NCBI GenBank assembly: GCA_964501035.1
Contig: CAZCRK010000006.1
Span: forward strand, 1 to 51,539
Length of the DNA: 51,539 nucleotides
Reading direction: 5' to 3'
Shown: positions 19,722 through 30,486 of the stretch, one piece after another
Layout: every line of letters starts with the position of its first letter
Position numbering within the stretch: position 1 is the stretch's first letter
The notes under the pieces: model-generated
Told to the model about the DNA's origin: nothing
The model's database searches: none
The model's input: only the letters and a program-made list of their open reading frames with translations
Made by a program: the position numbers and the translations under genes

Positions 19722-19738
19722 ATCAGTTTTCTCCTTTT

Positions 19739-21204
19739 TTAAAATTTAAAGGGTAGTTTATTACCCATCTTACCCATTTTTTTCATCATTGATCTCATCT
19801 GAGAAAACTGCTTTAGAAGTTGATTTACTTCTTGAATAGGCCGACCGCTTCCTTTGGCTATTCGTTTTCTCCGAGAACCATTAATGATATCTGGTTTTAC
19901 ACGTTCTAAAGGGGTCATTGAACAAATAATTGCATCAACCCAAACGAGCTGTTTGTCATTAACTTTTAATCCCTTTAGTTTTGATGCACCCGGCATCATA
20001 CCCATCAATTGAGAAACTGGACCCATTTTTTGAATCTGTTTCAATTGATCTTGAAAATCGGATAATGTGAAANNNNNNNNNNNNNNNNNNNNNNNNNNNN
20101 NNNNNNNNNNNNNNNNNNNNNNNNNNNNNNNNNNNNNNNNNNNNNNNNNNNNNNNNNNNNNNNNNNNNNNNNTGGACCCATTTTTTGAATCTGTTTCAAT
20201 TGATCTTGAAAATCGGATAATGTGAAAGAGTTTGCAACTAATTTTTTTTGTAGTTTCTCAGTTTGTTTAGCGTCAAATACTTCCTCTGCTTTTTCAACAA
20301 GTGAAACCACATCGCCCATGTTTAAAATTCTCTGCGCTAATCTGTCTGGATGAAATGTTTCAAATGCTTCAATAGCTTCACCAGTACCCATGAATTTTAT
20401 GGATTTACCAGTTACTTCTCGTATTGATAATGCTGCACCACCACGTGAGTCACCATCCATTTTAGTAAGCACCACACCTGATAAATCTACTGCTTCAGAA
20501 AATGCCTTTGAAGAATTTACCGCATCTTGACCTGTCATTCCATCAGCTACATACAAAATCTCATCTGGATTAGCAATTTTAACAACTGACTTCAACTCAG
20601 TCATCAATTCATCATCGATATGAAGTCTGCCTGCAGTATCGATGATAATGACGTTTGCTTGAATTCGTTTTGCTTCTTGTAAACCATTTTTAACAACCTC
20701 AACCGGTTTGCTTATTCGTTGTGAAAAAACAGGAACTCCTATTTTTTCACCCAACACTTCCAATTGATCAATCGCTGCTGGTCTCTGCAAATCTGCTGCA
20801 ACTAATAATGGGCTTTTTTGCCTCTTTCGTTTCAAAAAACTAGCTAGTTTTGCTGTGGTGGTTGTTTTACCCGCACCTTGCAAACCAGCCATTACTATCA
20901 CTGTAACTCCAGAAGAATTAAATGATATTTCTTCAGTTTCTCTACCCAAGAAGTGAGTCAACTCATCTTGAATAATCTTGATAAATTGTTGACCTGGAGT
21001 AACCGAATTAAATACTTTTTCCCCTGAGGTTCGCTCTTTAACCCTATCTACAAATGTTCGTGCAACCTTGAAATTAACATCCGCTTCAAGTAAAGCTCTA
21101 CGTACATCACGCATCGCATCTGAGATATTACTTTCTGTAATCTTCCCTTGACCTTTAATGGTTTTAACAATACCACTAAGTCGATCTTGAATTTGCTCAA
21201 ACAT
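19739..21204 (-). CDS. ffh: Signal recognition particle protein Ffh (interrupted by an assembly gap)
   Basis: GLQGAGKTT, DTAGR, TKMDGDSRGG and M-domain SRRKRIAKGSG. Removing 100 N plus one 55-bp duplicate gives 1311 nt, an intact 436-aa ORF. Confidence 0.96.
20018..20227. other. Scaffold gap (100 N, 20073-20172) flanked by an identical 55-bp duplication
   Basis: 20018-20072 is identical to 20173-20227. Confidence 0.95.
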
Positions 21205-21215
21205 AATAAATTCTC

Positions 21216-21242
21216 AAAAAACAGGGTTTATTAGAGCCTGTT
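21216..21242 (-). terminator. Putative terminator after the aconitase gene
   Basis: AACAGG-N11-CCUGUU followed by UUUU. Confidence 0.45.
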
Positions 21243-21271
21243 AATTTACAAAAGGGGTTTTTGCCCTGCAA
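21243..21271 (-). promoter_or_regulatory. Putative sigma70 promoter of the ffh-rpsP-rimM-trmD-rplS operon
   Basis: TTGCAG-N17-TAAATT. Confidence 0.55.
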
Positions 21272-21313
21272 GATAAATGAGCGATAATTCTTATTTTGGA
21301 CAGACTCCAAAAA

Positions 21314-23578
21314 TTAACTTTCTACTGATTGGGCTGCAATTAAGTTTAATGCACTACCTGCCTTAAACCATTCAATTTGATTTTGATTAAATGTATGGTC
21401 AACAAAAATACTGTCAGTAGAGCCATCTGAATGATGCAAAACAACAGTCAATTGTGACCCAGGTTCAAAATTTGTCAAACCAACAATATCAATTTTATCA
21501 TCTTCTTGAATTAAATCATAATCGGATTTGTTTGAAAATGTAAGCGCTAACACACCCTGTTTTTTTAGATTTGTTTCATGAATTCTAGCAAATGATTTGA
21601 CGAGCACAGCCTTTACTCCCATGTGACGTGGTTCCATTGCAGCATGTTCTCTTGATGAACCCTCACCATAATTTTCATCACCAACAACTATGCTAGAAAT
21701 TCCTGCATTTTTATATTCTCGGGCTACTTTAGGAGTCGAACCATATTCGCCAGTAATTGTATTTTTTACTGAATTTACTGTATCGTTAAACTCATTTACT
21801 GCACCTAAAAGCATATTATTTGAGATATTATCTAAATGACCTCTAAACCTCAACCATGGACCCGCCATTGAAATATGGTCTGTTGTACATTTACCCTTAG
21901 CCTTGATGAGTAACGATAAACCTAAATAATCCTGACCATCCCATTCATTAAAACGATTTAATAATTGTAATCGTTCTGAACTTGGATTCACCACAACATT
22001 AACATTGGTACCGTCCTCTATTGGTGCTTGGTAGCCTAAATCTTCAACATCGAAACCATTAACTGGTAGTTCATCACCAATAGGTGGATCAAGCATCACT
22101 TCTTCACCATTTTCGTTTATCAAACTATCAATTGCAGGATTAAATCGCAAATCTCCAGCAATTGCAAGAGCAGTTACCATTTCTGGAGAAGCAACAAAGG
22201 CATGTGTGTTTGGATTACCATCTGCACGTTTTAAGAAATTCCGATTGAAAGAATGTACAATGGTATTTTTCTCTTCTTTTTCAGCACCCTCTCTTGCCCA
22301 TTGTCCAATACAAGGCCCACATGCATTCGTAAACAATTTTGCACCAATTTCATTAAACGTATCTACTAAACCGTCTCGATTGATTGTATATCGTACTTTT
22401 TCTGATCCCGGCGAGATTAAAAAATCCGCTTTGGGTTTAAGATTTTTTTCTTTGACTTGTTTGGCTAACGAAGCAGCCCGAGAAATATCTTCGTATGAAG
22501 AATTTGTACACGAGCCTATAAGCCCCACTTCAACCTTAGTTGGCCAATTATTTTCTTGAGATGCTTGAGTCATTTCTGAAATAGCTGTGGCTCTATCTGG
22601 AGTAAATGGCCCATTCAAATGAGGTTCAAGTGTGTTTAAGTCAATTTCAATCACTTGATCAAAATATTGCTCCGGATTTTCATAAATTTCTGCATCCGCT
22701 TTTAAATGGTCTCTTACATCATTTGCTAAATCAGCAACATCATTTCTATCTGTTGCTCGTAAATATCGCTCCATGGAATTATCATACGAAAAGGTTGAGG
22801 TTGTGGCACCAACTTCTGCACCCATATTGCAAATAGTTCCTTTTCCTGTACACGATAAAGATTCTGCACCTTCTCCGAAGTATTCAACGATACACCCTGT
22901 ACCGCCCTTAACAGTTAAAATCCCAGCCACTTTTAAAATGATATCTTTTGGAGATGCCCATCCATTTAATTTTCCTGTTAATTTTACACCAATAAGTTTA
23001 GGGAATTTTAACTCCCAAGGCATACCAGCCATTACATCAACAGCATCTGCACCACCTACTCCAATTGCAACCATACCCAATCCACCGGCATTTACAGTAT
23101 GTGAATCGGTTCCAATCATCATACCGCCTGGGAAAGCATAATTTTCAAGTACAACTTGATGAATAATGCCAGCACCGGGTTTCCAATATCCAATTCCATA
23201 TTTATTTGATACAGAGGAAAGAAAATCATACACTTCAGAATTCACATCTTTTGCAATATCTAAATCCGTTTCTGCACCTACTTTGGCTTGAATCAAGTGG
23301 TCAGCATGGACTGTGCTTGGCACTGCTACTTTTTCTTTTCCTGCCATCATAAATTGCAATAATGCCATTTGAGCAGTCGCATCTTGCATGGCTACTCTAT
23401 CTGGAGAAAATTCGGCATAATCTTCACCTCGATTAAACTGTTCAATTTTGTTGAACACATGTGAATACAATATTTTTTCCGTCATTGTCAGTGGATGATT
23501 TAAAATTGAGCGTGCTTCTTCTATCCTACGTGGCAGATGTTTGTAATGGTGTTGAATCATGTCAATATTGAAAGCCAA
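21314..23578 (-). CDS. Aconitate hydratase (mitochondrial-like AcnA-type)
   Basis: [19 protein letters not shown], Fe-S ligands GSCTNSS and [21 protein letters not shown] and [10 protein letters not shown]; 754 aa. Confidence 0.97.
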   Translation of the reverse strand: MAFNIDMIQHHYKHLPRRIEEARSILNHPLTMTEKILYSHVFNKIEQFNRGEDYAEFSPDRVAMQDATAQMALLQFMMAGKEKVAVPSTVHADHLIQAKVGAETDLDIAKDVNSEVYDFLSSVSNKYGIGYWKPGAGIIHQVVLENYAFPGGMMIGTDSHTVNAGGLGMVAIGVGGADAVDVMAGMPWELKFPKLIGVKLTGKLNGWASPKDIILKVAGILTVKGGTGCIVEYFGEGAESLSCTGKGTICNMGAEVGATTSTFSYDNSMERYLRATDRNDVADLANDVRDHLKADAEIYENPEQYFDQVIEIDLNTLEPHLNGPFTPDRATAISEMTQASQENNWPTKVEVGLIGSCTNSSYEDISRAASLAKQVKEKNLKPKADFLISPGSEKVRYTINRDGLVDTFNEIGAKLFTNACGPCIGQWAREGAEKEEKNTIVHSFNRNFLKRADGNPNTHAFVASPEMVTALAIAGDLRFNPAIDSLINENGEEVMLDPPIGDELPVNGFDVEDLGYQAPIEDGTNVNVVVNPSSERLQLLNRFNEWDGQDYLGLSLLIKAKGKCTTDHISMAGPWLRFRGHLDNISNNMLLGAVNEFNDTVNSVKNTITGEYGSTPKVAREYKNAGISSIVVGDENYGEGSSREHAAMEPRHMGVKAVLVKSFARIHETNLKKQGVLALTFSNKSDYDLIQEDDKIDIVGLTNFEPGSQLTVVLHHSDGSTDSIFVDHTFNQNQIEWFKAGSALNLIAAQSVES

Positions 23579-23617
23579 AATGTATCTCCTAAACCTATAT
23601 ATTTATGTGTTTTTGGT

Positions 23618-23638
23618 AAAAACTAACGCGAGTTAGCC
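23618..23638 (-). terminator. Putative terminator after rodA
   Basis: GGCUAAC-UCGC-GUUAGUU followed by UUU. Confidence 0.45.
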
Positions 23639-23642
23639 GAGA

Positions 23643-23672
23643 AATTTACATCTTAAAAGAATTGGTAATCAA
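23643..23672 (-). promoter_or_regulatory. Putative sigma70 promoter of the aconitase gene
   Basis: TTGATT-N18-TAAATT. The gene has an AGGAG SD before its TTG start. Confidence 0.5.
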
Positions 23673-23690
23673 TGGGAAGGATTTAATTTC

Positions 23691-24917
23691 CTACACTTCG
23701 TTATTAATGATATTATTAGCCAGTGCAATAATGAGGGTACATGTCAGTAAAAATGAACCACCATAACTTAAAAATGGTGCAGGTAAACCGGTAACTGGAA
23801 AGTATCCAACTGTCATACCCATATTAACGATAATATGACTAAATAAAATGACAGTAAATCCAATTAAAACTAAACTTGAAAACCTATTTTGAACTTTACG
23901 TGCATACCCAATCAACCAATATAGCATAACTGAAATTGCAATTAATATAATCATTATAGCAAATAATCCCATTTCTTCACCAATAACAGAAATAATGAAA
24001 TCTGTATCTCGTACGGGTAGAAAACGAAGATGCGTTTGAGTCCCATTTCCCAACCCTTTTCCCCAAAATCCACCTGATCCAATGGCTGTCATAGATTGCA
24101 ATACTTGGTACCCTGCACCTTGAGGATCTCGCATTGGGTCTAATAGGGTTAAAACACGTAATCTTTGATGGGGATACAGAACAGAATTCCATACATAGGG
24201 TGCTAACATTCCAAAGGAAATATTAACAATAAAATTTATTGTTCCCGTCAGAATTTCAGGTTGCCCTAAAAATAGTATAATTGCAAAAACAACCATCCAA
24301 ATATAAAACACTGTTAAATTAAATGCTGCGATAACACTCACCAAGGGTGAAATAGACAAAAATAAATATAATGGCCTAACTCCTGCCCAATACAACATGG
24401 GTAAAACTACTGCCAAATATATGAGGGCTGTTCCTAAATCTGGTTGCCTAAAAACCAATAATGCGGGTACAATTGAAATTGTAAATGAAGTTACTAAAAC
24501 CCTAATATCACGAATATTATCCTTTTGATCTGCAAGATATTTTGAGAGGACAAATACGGTTAAAAGTTTACCTAACTCAGAGGGCTGAAATGAAAACGGT
24601 CCAAGAAATATCCAACGTTTGGAACCATCTATAGCTGGCATAGTATAGGTTATCAAAATGGCAAGTAGTAACAATCCAAAAAGAATATATCCATATTCAT
24701 AAAAAAATTGAAGTCTTATATATTGACAAATAGCAAAAACCGATACACTAAATATTATCCACATAATTTGACGATAGAATGATGATTTCAACATAGCCAC
24801 ATCGCCACTTGTGCTATGCAAGACAAGTAAACTGATGGCAAGTAAAACAAGTATTGGTACAACTATCCATAATTTTATTGAGATTTTATCTGGTATGTAG
24901 AATAATTTTCTAATCAT
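23691..24917 (-). CDS. rodA: Rod shape-determining SEDS glycosyltransferase RodA
   Basis: GSKRW, FQPSELGK, QPDLGT, AIGSGG..GKG, TDFI and PVTGLPAPFLSYGGS. Follows mrdA; start reset to ATG 24917. Confidence 0.95.
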   Translation of the reverse strand: MIRKLFYIPDKISIKLWIVVPILVLLAISLLVLHSTSGDVAMLKSSFYRQIMWIIFSVSVFAICQYIRLQFFYEYGYILFGLLLLAILITYTMPAIDGSKRWIFLGPFSFQPSELGKLLTVFVLSKYLADQKDNIRDIRVLVTSFTISIVPALLVFRQPDLGTALIYLAVVLPMLYWAGVRPLYLFLSISPLVSVIAAFNLTVFYIWMVVFAIILFLGQPEILTGTINFIVNISFGMLAPYVWNSVLYPHQRLRVLTLLDPMRDPQGAGYQVLQSMTAIGSGGFWGKGLGNGTQTHLRFLPVRDTDFIISVIGEEMGLFAIMIILIAISVMLYWLIGYARKVQNRFSSLVLIGFTVILFSHIIVNMGMTVGYFPVTGLPAPFLSYGGSFLLTCTLIIALANNIINNEV

Positions 24918-26667
24918 GCGTACCCAGCTGTTGGTTTGCAAAAAACGAAAATAACTCTTGAGAAATTTGGGTTGCAATACCAGACCCTTTACCACCATTT
25001 TCAATAATTATAGAAATAGACATTTGATTCCCATTATCCGTTGTAACATATCCAGTAAACCAAGAATGATCTTCTCCATGGGGATTTTGTCCTGTACCAG
25101 TTTTACCTCTCACAACCCCATTTTCAATTTTTGCACTTTTTCCAGTTCCTTGTTCCCCATTTACAACTTGCCATGTTGCATTTTGTAAAAATTTCCATGT
25201 TTTATTTTTAAGCGTTAATTGAACAGGGTGAGGTTCAATATTTAAGTTAAAATGTGGTTGAAATGTATTTCCCTTTGTTGCGATTAAATTCATCATATTT
25301 GCAACTTGAATGGGTGTTGCTAACACATCCCCTTGACCAATAACAAATGAGAGTAAATTCCCTGTTGCCCAACCATACTTACCATATTTTTTATTCATAT
25401 ATGATTTATTAGGCACAAGCCCTGATTTTTCATTTGGTAAATCCACACCTGTTTGTTGACCAAACCCAAACAGTTCAACAAATTCTGACCAATCTTTAAA
25501 TTTCATTTGTTGAATCAACTTATAGAAATAAATATTACACGAATGTTTGATAGCATCCTGCATATTTAAATCTCCATGCCCATAAATATTCCAACAATGA
25601 AATGCTCTTCCACCTAATGTATATGCGCCAGAACAACTCACTTTTTTATATGGATCAATTAAATTTTTCTCCAAAGCAAGTGCAGATGCAATTAACTTAA
25701 ATGGTGATGCAGGGGGATATGCCCCTTGAACCCCTCTATTCATCAGTGGTTTTCTTGGGTCATTGTTCCAACCATTCCACACATCATAAGGTATTGGACC
25801 TACAAACGGAGACAAATCATAGTTTGGTGCACTCACAAATGACAAAATTTCACCTGTTTTTGGATTCATACATACTATTGACCCTACCAATGTATCCATC
25901 TTTGACTCAGCAAATACCTGTAGTGATTCGTCAATTGTTGTAATTAAAGGACTCCCTGGAGAAGGTGGGTATGCTCTTGTATCAGGATGTTTTCCATGAT
26001 CAACTCCAAAAATATCAACCAACCTAAATTCAACACCATCCATACCTCTTAATGAATCTTCATAGACCCTTTCTAAACCGCTAAAACCACTAATATCACC
26101 CAATCTATAATTCTTATGGGCTCGTTTTTTCATCTCATTTTCTGTCACAGTACGTAAATACCCAAGAGTATGAGTTAACTGAGCATCACTTGTATAGGTT
26201 CTTGCAGGATTTTCTGAAAACATCATCCCAGAAAATTCCAGTTTGTTTTCCTCTAAAATGGACCTGGTTTCAAAGTCAACATGACGTTTAATAATATTAG
26301 GCTTAAAGCGTTCAAATTTTCGTTTCATTTTTTGAATAGTTTGTCGCAATTCTTTTTCAGGAATTTGTATTACAGATGCAAGTAATGTATAATTGAATGT
26401 ATCAGAAATATCATATGGAATAACACTTAAATCATAAACTGGTTGGTTGTCAACTAATGGGTTTTTATTTCTATCATAAATAATTCCTCTTGGAGAAGCC
26501 AATGGAATTTGACGGATACTATTGTTTCCTGACTTTGTTACGAATGATTTATGTTCTACAACTTGAAGATTGAAAAATCGAAGAAATATTAGAAATATAA
26601 TTCCATAGGAAATTACTAATATTATATTTTTTCTACGATTTTGACTGACAATAGTTCGAAATTGCAT
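24910..26667 (-). CDS. mrdA: Penicillin-binding protein 2
   Basis: PRGIIYDRN, SxxK (SPFK), SxN (SCN) and KTG motifs; in the mreBCD operon. Confidence 0.96.
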   Translation of the reverse strand: MQFRTIVSQNRRKNIILVISYGIIFLIFLRFFNLQVVEHKSFVTKSGNNSIRQIPLASPRGIIYDRNKNPLVDNQPVYDLSVIPYDISDTFNYTLLASVIQIPEKELRQTIQKMKRKFERFKPNIIKRHVDFETRSILEENKLEFSGMMFSENPARTYTSDAQLTHTLGYLRTVTENEMKKRAHKNYRLGDISGFSGLERVYEDSLRGMDGVEFRLVDIFGVDHGKHPDTRAYPPSPGSPLITTIDESLQVFAESKMDTLVGSIVCMNPKTGEILSFVSAPNYDLSPFVGPIPYDVWNGWNNDPRKPLMNRGVQGAYPPASPFKLIASALALEKNLIDPYKKVSCSGAYTLGGRAFHCWNIYGHGDLNMQDAIKHSCNIYFYKLIQQMKFKDWSEFVELFGFGQQTGVDLPNEKSGLVPNKSYMNKKYGKYGWATGNLLSFVIGQGDVLATPIQVANMMNLIATKGNTFQPHFNLNIEPHPVQLTLKNKTWKFLQNATWQVVNGEQGTGKSAKIENGVVRGKTGTGQNPHGEDHSWFTGYVTTDNGNQMSISIIIENGGKGSGIATQISQELFSFFANQQLGTHD

Positions 26668-27146
26668 TATAATAATTTGGAATTAAAAATAAACTTATTA
26701 ATAATCCTAAAAACTACCAATGTTGATATAGATTGGATTAATACCAAACTTAAACCCAGTATAAAAGAAGACTCTAAATTGTTCAGTGAAACATAAAAAT
26801 AAACCATAAAATGTAATGTATAAATTCCAAAAAGTACGAGGTATTTAACGAATCTTGACCAAATTTGTGCATATCCACATAATGCAGTCAATCCATATCC
26901 TGAAATTGATTTAGCAAATGCAAACATTCCCAATAGTTCTACTTGGGTTGTGAAATCTTGACATAAACCTATTATAAATCCTATTACAATGGTCTGAACA
27001 CTACCCCATAGAAATGCTATTACCGTTAAAAATACAAGTAAAATATCTGGTGAAAAACTTATTCCTAAAATTGTTATTTGGGGGAAATATGCCTGAAGTA
27101 GAATAACAGAAAATGTAATGATAATTCTTGTAGTAATAAGGTTCAT
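26667..27146 (-). CDS. mreD: Rod shape-determining protein MreD
   Basis: Hydrophobic 159 aa with PDILL and GFIIGLCQD; lies between mreC and mrdA. Confidence 0.85.
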   Translation of the reverse strand: MNLITTRIIITFSVILLQAYFPQITILGISFSPDILLVFLTVIAFLWGSVQTIVIGFIIGLCQDFTTQVELLGMFAFAKSISGYGLTALCGYAQIWSRFVKYLVLFGIYTLHFMVYFYVSLNNLESSFILGLSLVLIQSISTLVVFRIINKFIFNSKLL

Positions 27147-27922
27147 TATTGAATCACAAACACATAATTTAAATTGTTTAAATCAGCCAATATTTCCACA
27201 GCTACATCTAAAAATAATTGATTATTATTGGAAGCTACCGAAATTACTTTTGCAACGGGGATATCTGCTGGATAAATGTTAGATATACCAGAAGTAACAA
27301 CAATTTCTCCTTCGGTTAATTCAAGACTTTTTCGTACACCCTCCAAAATGCCATATCTTCCATGAGTTGGAACAAAAATTCCTAATGTCCTATCTTTACC
27401 AACTCGAATGGAAACCCTATAATTATTATCGGTTATTAACTGTATTTTAGATGCATTGTCACCCAAACTTACTGTTTTCCCAAGGAGTCCCAACATATCA
27501 ATAACAGGTAGGTCTCTATGGATTCCATGCATCTGCCCAATATCAATAAAAAAAGTTTGAACGGATGAAGATAATTGAGTATTAACAACGTTTGCAGGTT
27601 GCATACTTAATGGATGTGCTTCTACAAATTGTAACATTTTTTTCAAATGTTCATTTTCATTTCTAAACCGTTCTGATTCGGAATTTAACAAGGTGAGTTG
27701 AGTAACTAAGGCTTTGAGAACCTTATTTTCTTCTTTGACTTGCATTACCCCTTTATACCATGTTTGGGGATACATTATAAACGACGTGATGTCTGCTAAA
27801 TCTTCTTCAACAGCAATAACAAAATCAGATCGACTAGAAAAAAATAGAATTAACGAAAGGCAGGAAGTCAAAAGTAAAGCAATAATTTCTTTACTTAAAA
27901 ATGATATCCGAATAAATTCCAT
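27146..27922 (-). CDS. mreC: Rod shape-determining protein MreC
   Basis: N-terminal TM, coiled coil (ENEHLKKML), IDIG..HGI and VVTSG...YPADIPV. Confidence 0.93.
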   Translation of the reverse strand: MEFIRISFLSKEIIALLLTSCLSLILFFSSRSDFVIAVEEDLADITSFIMYPQTWYKGVMQVKEENKVLKALVTQLTLLNSESERFRNENEHLKKMLQFVEAHPLSMQPANVVNTQLSSSVQTFFIDIGQMHGIHRDLPVIDMLGLLGKTVSLGDNASKIQLITDNNYRVSIRVGKDRTLGIFVPTHGRYGILEGVRKSLELTEGEIVVTSGISNIYPADIPVAKVISVASNNNQLFLDVAVEILADLNNLNYVFVIQ

Positions 27923-28944
27923 TATGGAGTAATTAACACATCTTTATATTTTTTAATATTATCTAAAACCATACCAGTACCTTTTACAACAGAATATAGA
28001 GGATCTTCTGCTACGTGTACAGGTAAACCAGTTTTGTTTCTAATATGGGCATCCAAATTTTCAAGTAGAGAACCACCACCAGTAAGAATAATTCCTCTAT
28101 CAATAATATCTGAAGAATGTTCTGGTGGGGTTTTATCCAGTGCTTTTTTGATTGCTGTAGTAATCTGAAAAACAGTTTCAGCCAATGCTTGACGAATCTC
28201 ATCGGATGATATTTCAATTGTTTTAGGTATGCCTGTGATTAAATCTTGTCCTTTTACAGCAATTTTCTTTCCTTGAGACCGAATTGCAGAGCCTACATTG
28301 CATTTAATTTGTTCAGCAGTACGTTCTCCGACACCCAGTTTATGTTGATTTTTAAACCAATCTATTATCGCTTTTGTTTGTTCATCACCTGCGATTCTAA
28401 TGGTTTCAATTGTGCCAATTCCATTCAGTGAAATAACAGCAATTTCTGTAGTACCACCTCCGATATCAACAATCATATTTCCAACAGGTTTACTCACATC
28501 TAACCCTATTCCAATTGCAGCTGCCATGGGTTCTTCAATCAAATATACCTCGCTTGCATTGGCATGTTCAGCGGATTCTCTTACCGATCGTTGTTCAACA
28601 TCGGTAACACCTGATGGAATACAAATTACAATTCTAGGTCTAGCAATTCTGCTACGTTTAATTTTACGCATAAATCCTTGAATCATTGCATCAGTCATGC
28701 GGTAGTCTGCAATAACCCCATCTTTTAAGGGGCGAATTGTTTCAATCCCTTTATGAGTTCTACCAACCATATCTTTTGCTTCAACTCCAACTGCAATTAT
28801 ATTGTTATCCACTACATTTTGAGCAACAATAGATGGTTCATTTAAAACAATCCCCTGTCCCTTAATCCAAACTAATGTATTTGCTGTCCCAAGGTCTATC
28901 GCTATATCGCCAGAAACCATGTTTGTTAATGTAGAAAATCCCAT
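27922..28944 (-). CDS. mreB: Actin-like protein MreB
   Basis: IDLGTANT, RPLKDGVIAD, DIGGGTTE and LTGGGSLL. Confidence 0.98.
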   Translation of the reverse strand: MGFSTLTNMVSGDIAIDLGTANTLVWIKGQGIVLNEPSIVAQNVVDNNIIAVGVEAKDMVGRTHKGIETIRPLKDGVIADYRMTDAMIQGFMRKIKRSRIARPRIVICIPSGVTDVEQRSVRESAEHANASEVYLIEEPMAAAIGIGLDVSKPVGNMIVDIGGGTTEIAVISLNGIGTIETIRIAGDEQTKAIIDWFKNQHKLGVGERTAEQIKCNVGSAIRSQGKKIAVKGQDLITGIPKTIEISSDEIRQALAETVFQITTAIKKALDKTPPEHSSDIIDRGIILTGGGSLLENLDAHIRNKTGLPVHVAEDPLYSVVKGTGMVLDNIKKYKDVLITP

Positions 28945-28959
28945 ATTTGTTACCTTAAT

Positions 28960-30486
28960 TTAATGATAGAAGTGTCGTGTCCCTGTAAAAACCATAACTA
29001 ATCCCAACTCATTTGCACGTTGGATTACTTCTTTATCTTTAATAGATCCGCCCGGTTGAATGATTGCTGAAATTCCTGCAGAAGCAGCTAGTTCAACATT
29101 ATCTGGAAACGGGAAAAATGCATCTGATGCCATTGTAGCACCATTTAAATTTAGTCCTGCTTCACTCACTTTTCTAATAGCTATTTTTGTAGAATCAATT
29201 CTAGACATTTGTCCAGCACCAACACCAAGTAATTGCTCGGAATTTGAAAAAACAATAGCATTTGATTTTACAAATCTAACCATTGTCCAACCCAATTTAA
29301 GAGCATGTAACTGTTCTTCGGTTGGCTTTTTTTCAGTTACAATTTCAAGAGAATCCAATTCACCAATATTTGAATCCTTTTCTTGAACCAAAAAACCACC
29401 TGCAACAGATTTAATAACTTGAGAATCCATTTTAAAGCTATCACTAACCGTTACCACACGTAAATTTTTCTTCTTTTTCAAAATATCCAATGCTTCAATG
29501 GAAACAGATGGTGCAATAATGCATTCTAAAAAGGGTTGAATTAACTCATTCGCTACATCAGCATCTATTTCACGATTGAATCCAACTATTCCTCCAAAAT
29601 AACTAACAGGATCCGTTGTTACTGCACGTTTATATGCTTCTGTAGGAGAATTGCCAATCCCAAAACCACATGGATTTGCATGTTTTATTATTGAACACGC
29701 AGGTGTATCAAATTCTAAAGCAATTGCGATTGCTGATTCCATATCCGCATAATTGTTATAAGATAGTGCTTTCCCTTGATGTTGCTGCCAAGAAAGTGTC
29801 TCTCCATTTGGTGTATAAAATGCAGCAGATTGATGCGGATTCTCACCATAGCGTAATTCATTTACTTTCTCAAGAGAGAGAGAGATTTTATCTTTTAACC
29901 CTTCATCATCTTTCGTAAAGTAATTAAAAATTGCAGATTCGTAGTTTGCAGTCATAGCAAACACTTTTGAAGCATAAAATTGACGTGATTTGAGTGGAAT
30001 ATCGCCATCATGTTCTGAAAATTGGTTTTGGAAATCTTCATATAAAATTGGGTCACATAAAGGAACAACTGAATGGTAATTCTTGGCAGCTGCTCGTATC
30101 ATTGATGGACCGCCAATATCAATAAATTCTATCGCTTTTTTAAATTCCAATCCTTTTGAAACTGCTTCTTGAACAAATGGATAAAAGTTAACCACAACAA
30201 TATCAATTTCTAAACCTTGAATTTTATCTAAATCAATCATGTGGTTTTCATTTTTTCGATCAGCCAATATCCCACCAAATATTTTTGGATCTAGAGTTTT
30301 CACTCTGCCATCCATTACCGATCCAGTACCCGTAATTTCTGCAACAGGTGTAACAGGTAGTCCTGCGTCTTCTAATGCTTTTTGGGTACCTCCTGTAGAA
30401 AGTAACTCAATATTATTATCATGCAAAAATTGCCCTAATTCAACAATTCCATCTTTATTCCAAACAGACAACAAAGCCCTTTTCAT
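28960..30486 (-). CDS. purH: AICAR transformylase/IMP cyclohydrolase
   Basis: RALLSV, STGGT, GRVKTL, IDIGGPSM, LRYGENPHQ, KHANPCG and SDAFFPF. Confidence 0.98.
   Translation of the reverse strand: MKRALLSVWNKDGIVELGQFLHDNNIELLSTGGTQKALEDAGLPVTPVAEITGTGSVMDGRVKTLDPKIFGGILADRKNENHMIDLDKIQGLEIDIVVVNFYPFVQEAVSKGLEFKKAIEFIDIGGPSMIRAAAKNYHSVVPLCDPILYEDFQNQFSEHDGDIPLKSRQFYASKVFAMTANYESAIFNYFTKDDEGLKDKISLSLEKVNELRYGENPHQSAAFYTPNGETLSWQQHQGKALSYNNYADMESAIAIALEFDTPACSIIKHANPCGFGIGNSPTEAYKRAVTTDPVSYFGGIVGFNREIDADVANELIQPFLECIIAPSVSIEALDILKKKKNLRVVTVSDSFKMDSQVIKSVAGGFLVQEKDSNIGELDSLEIVTEKKPTEEQLHALKLGWTMVRFVKSNAIVFSNSEQLLGVGAGQMSRIDSTKIAIRKVSEAGLNLNGATMASDAFFPFPDNVELAASAGISAIIQPGGSIKDKEVIQRANELGLVMVFTGTRHFYH

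Noticed and set aside
20018..20227. Target-site duplication of a mobile element, or CRISPR-like repeat
   Set aside because: Only two copies around a round-number N gap, and merging them restores ffh exactly.
21205..21313. SRP RNA (ffs) next to ffh
   Set aside because: No long GC-rich stem and no helix-8 internal loop with GNRA tetraloop.
23579..23690. Iron-responsive element in the aconitase leader
   Set aside because: The hairpin loop is UCGC, not CAGUG.
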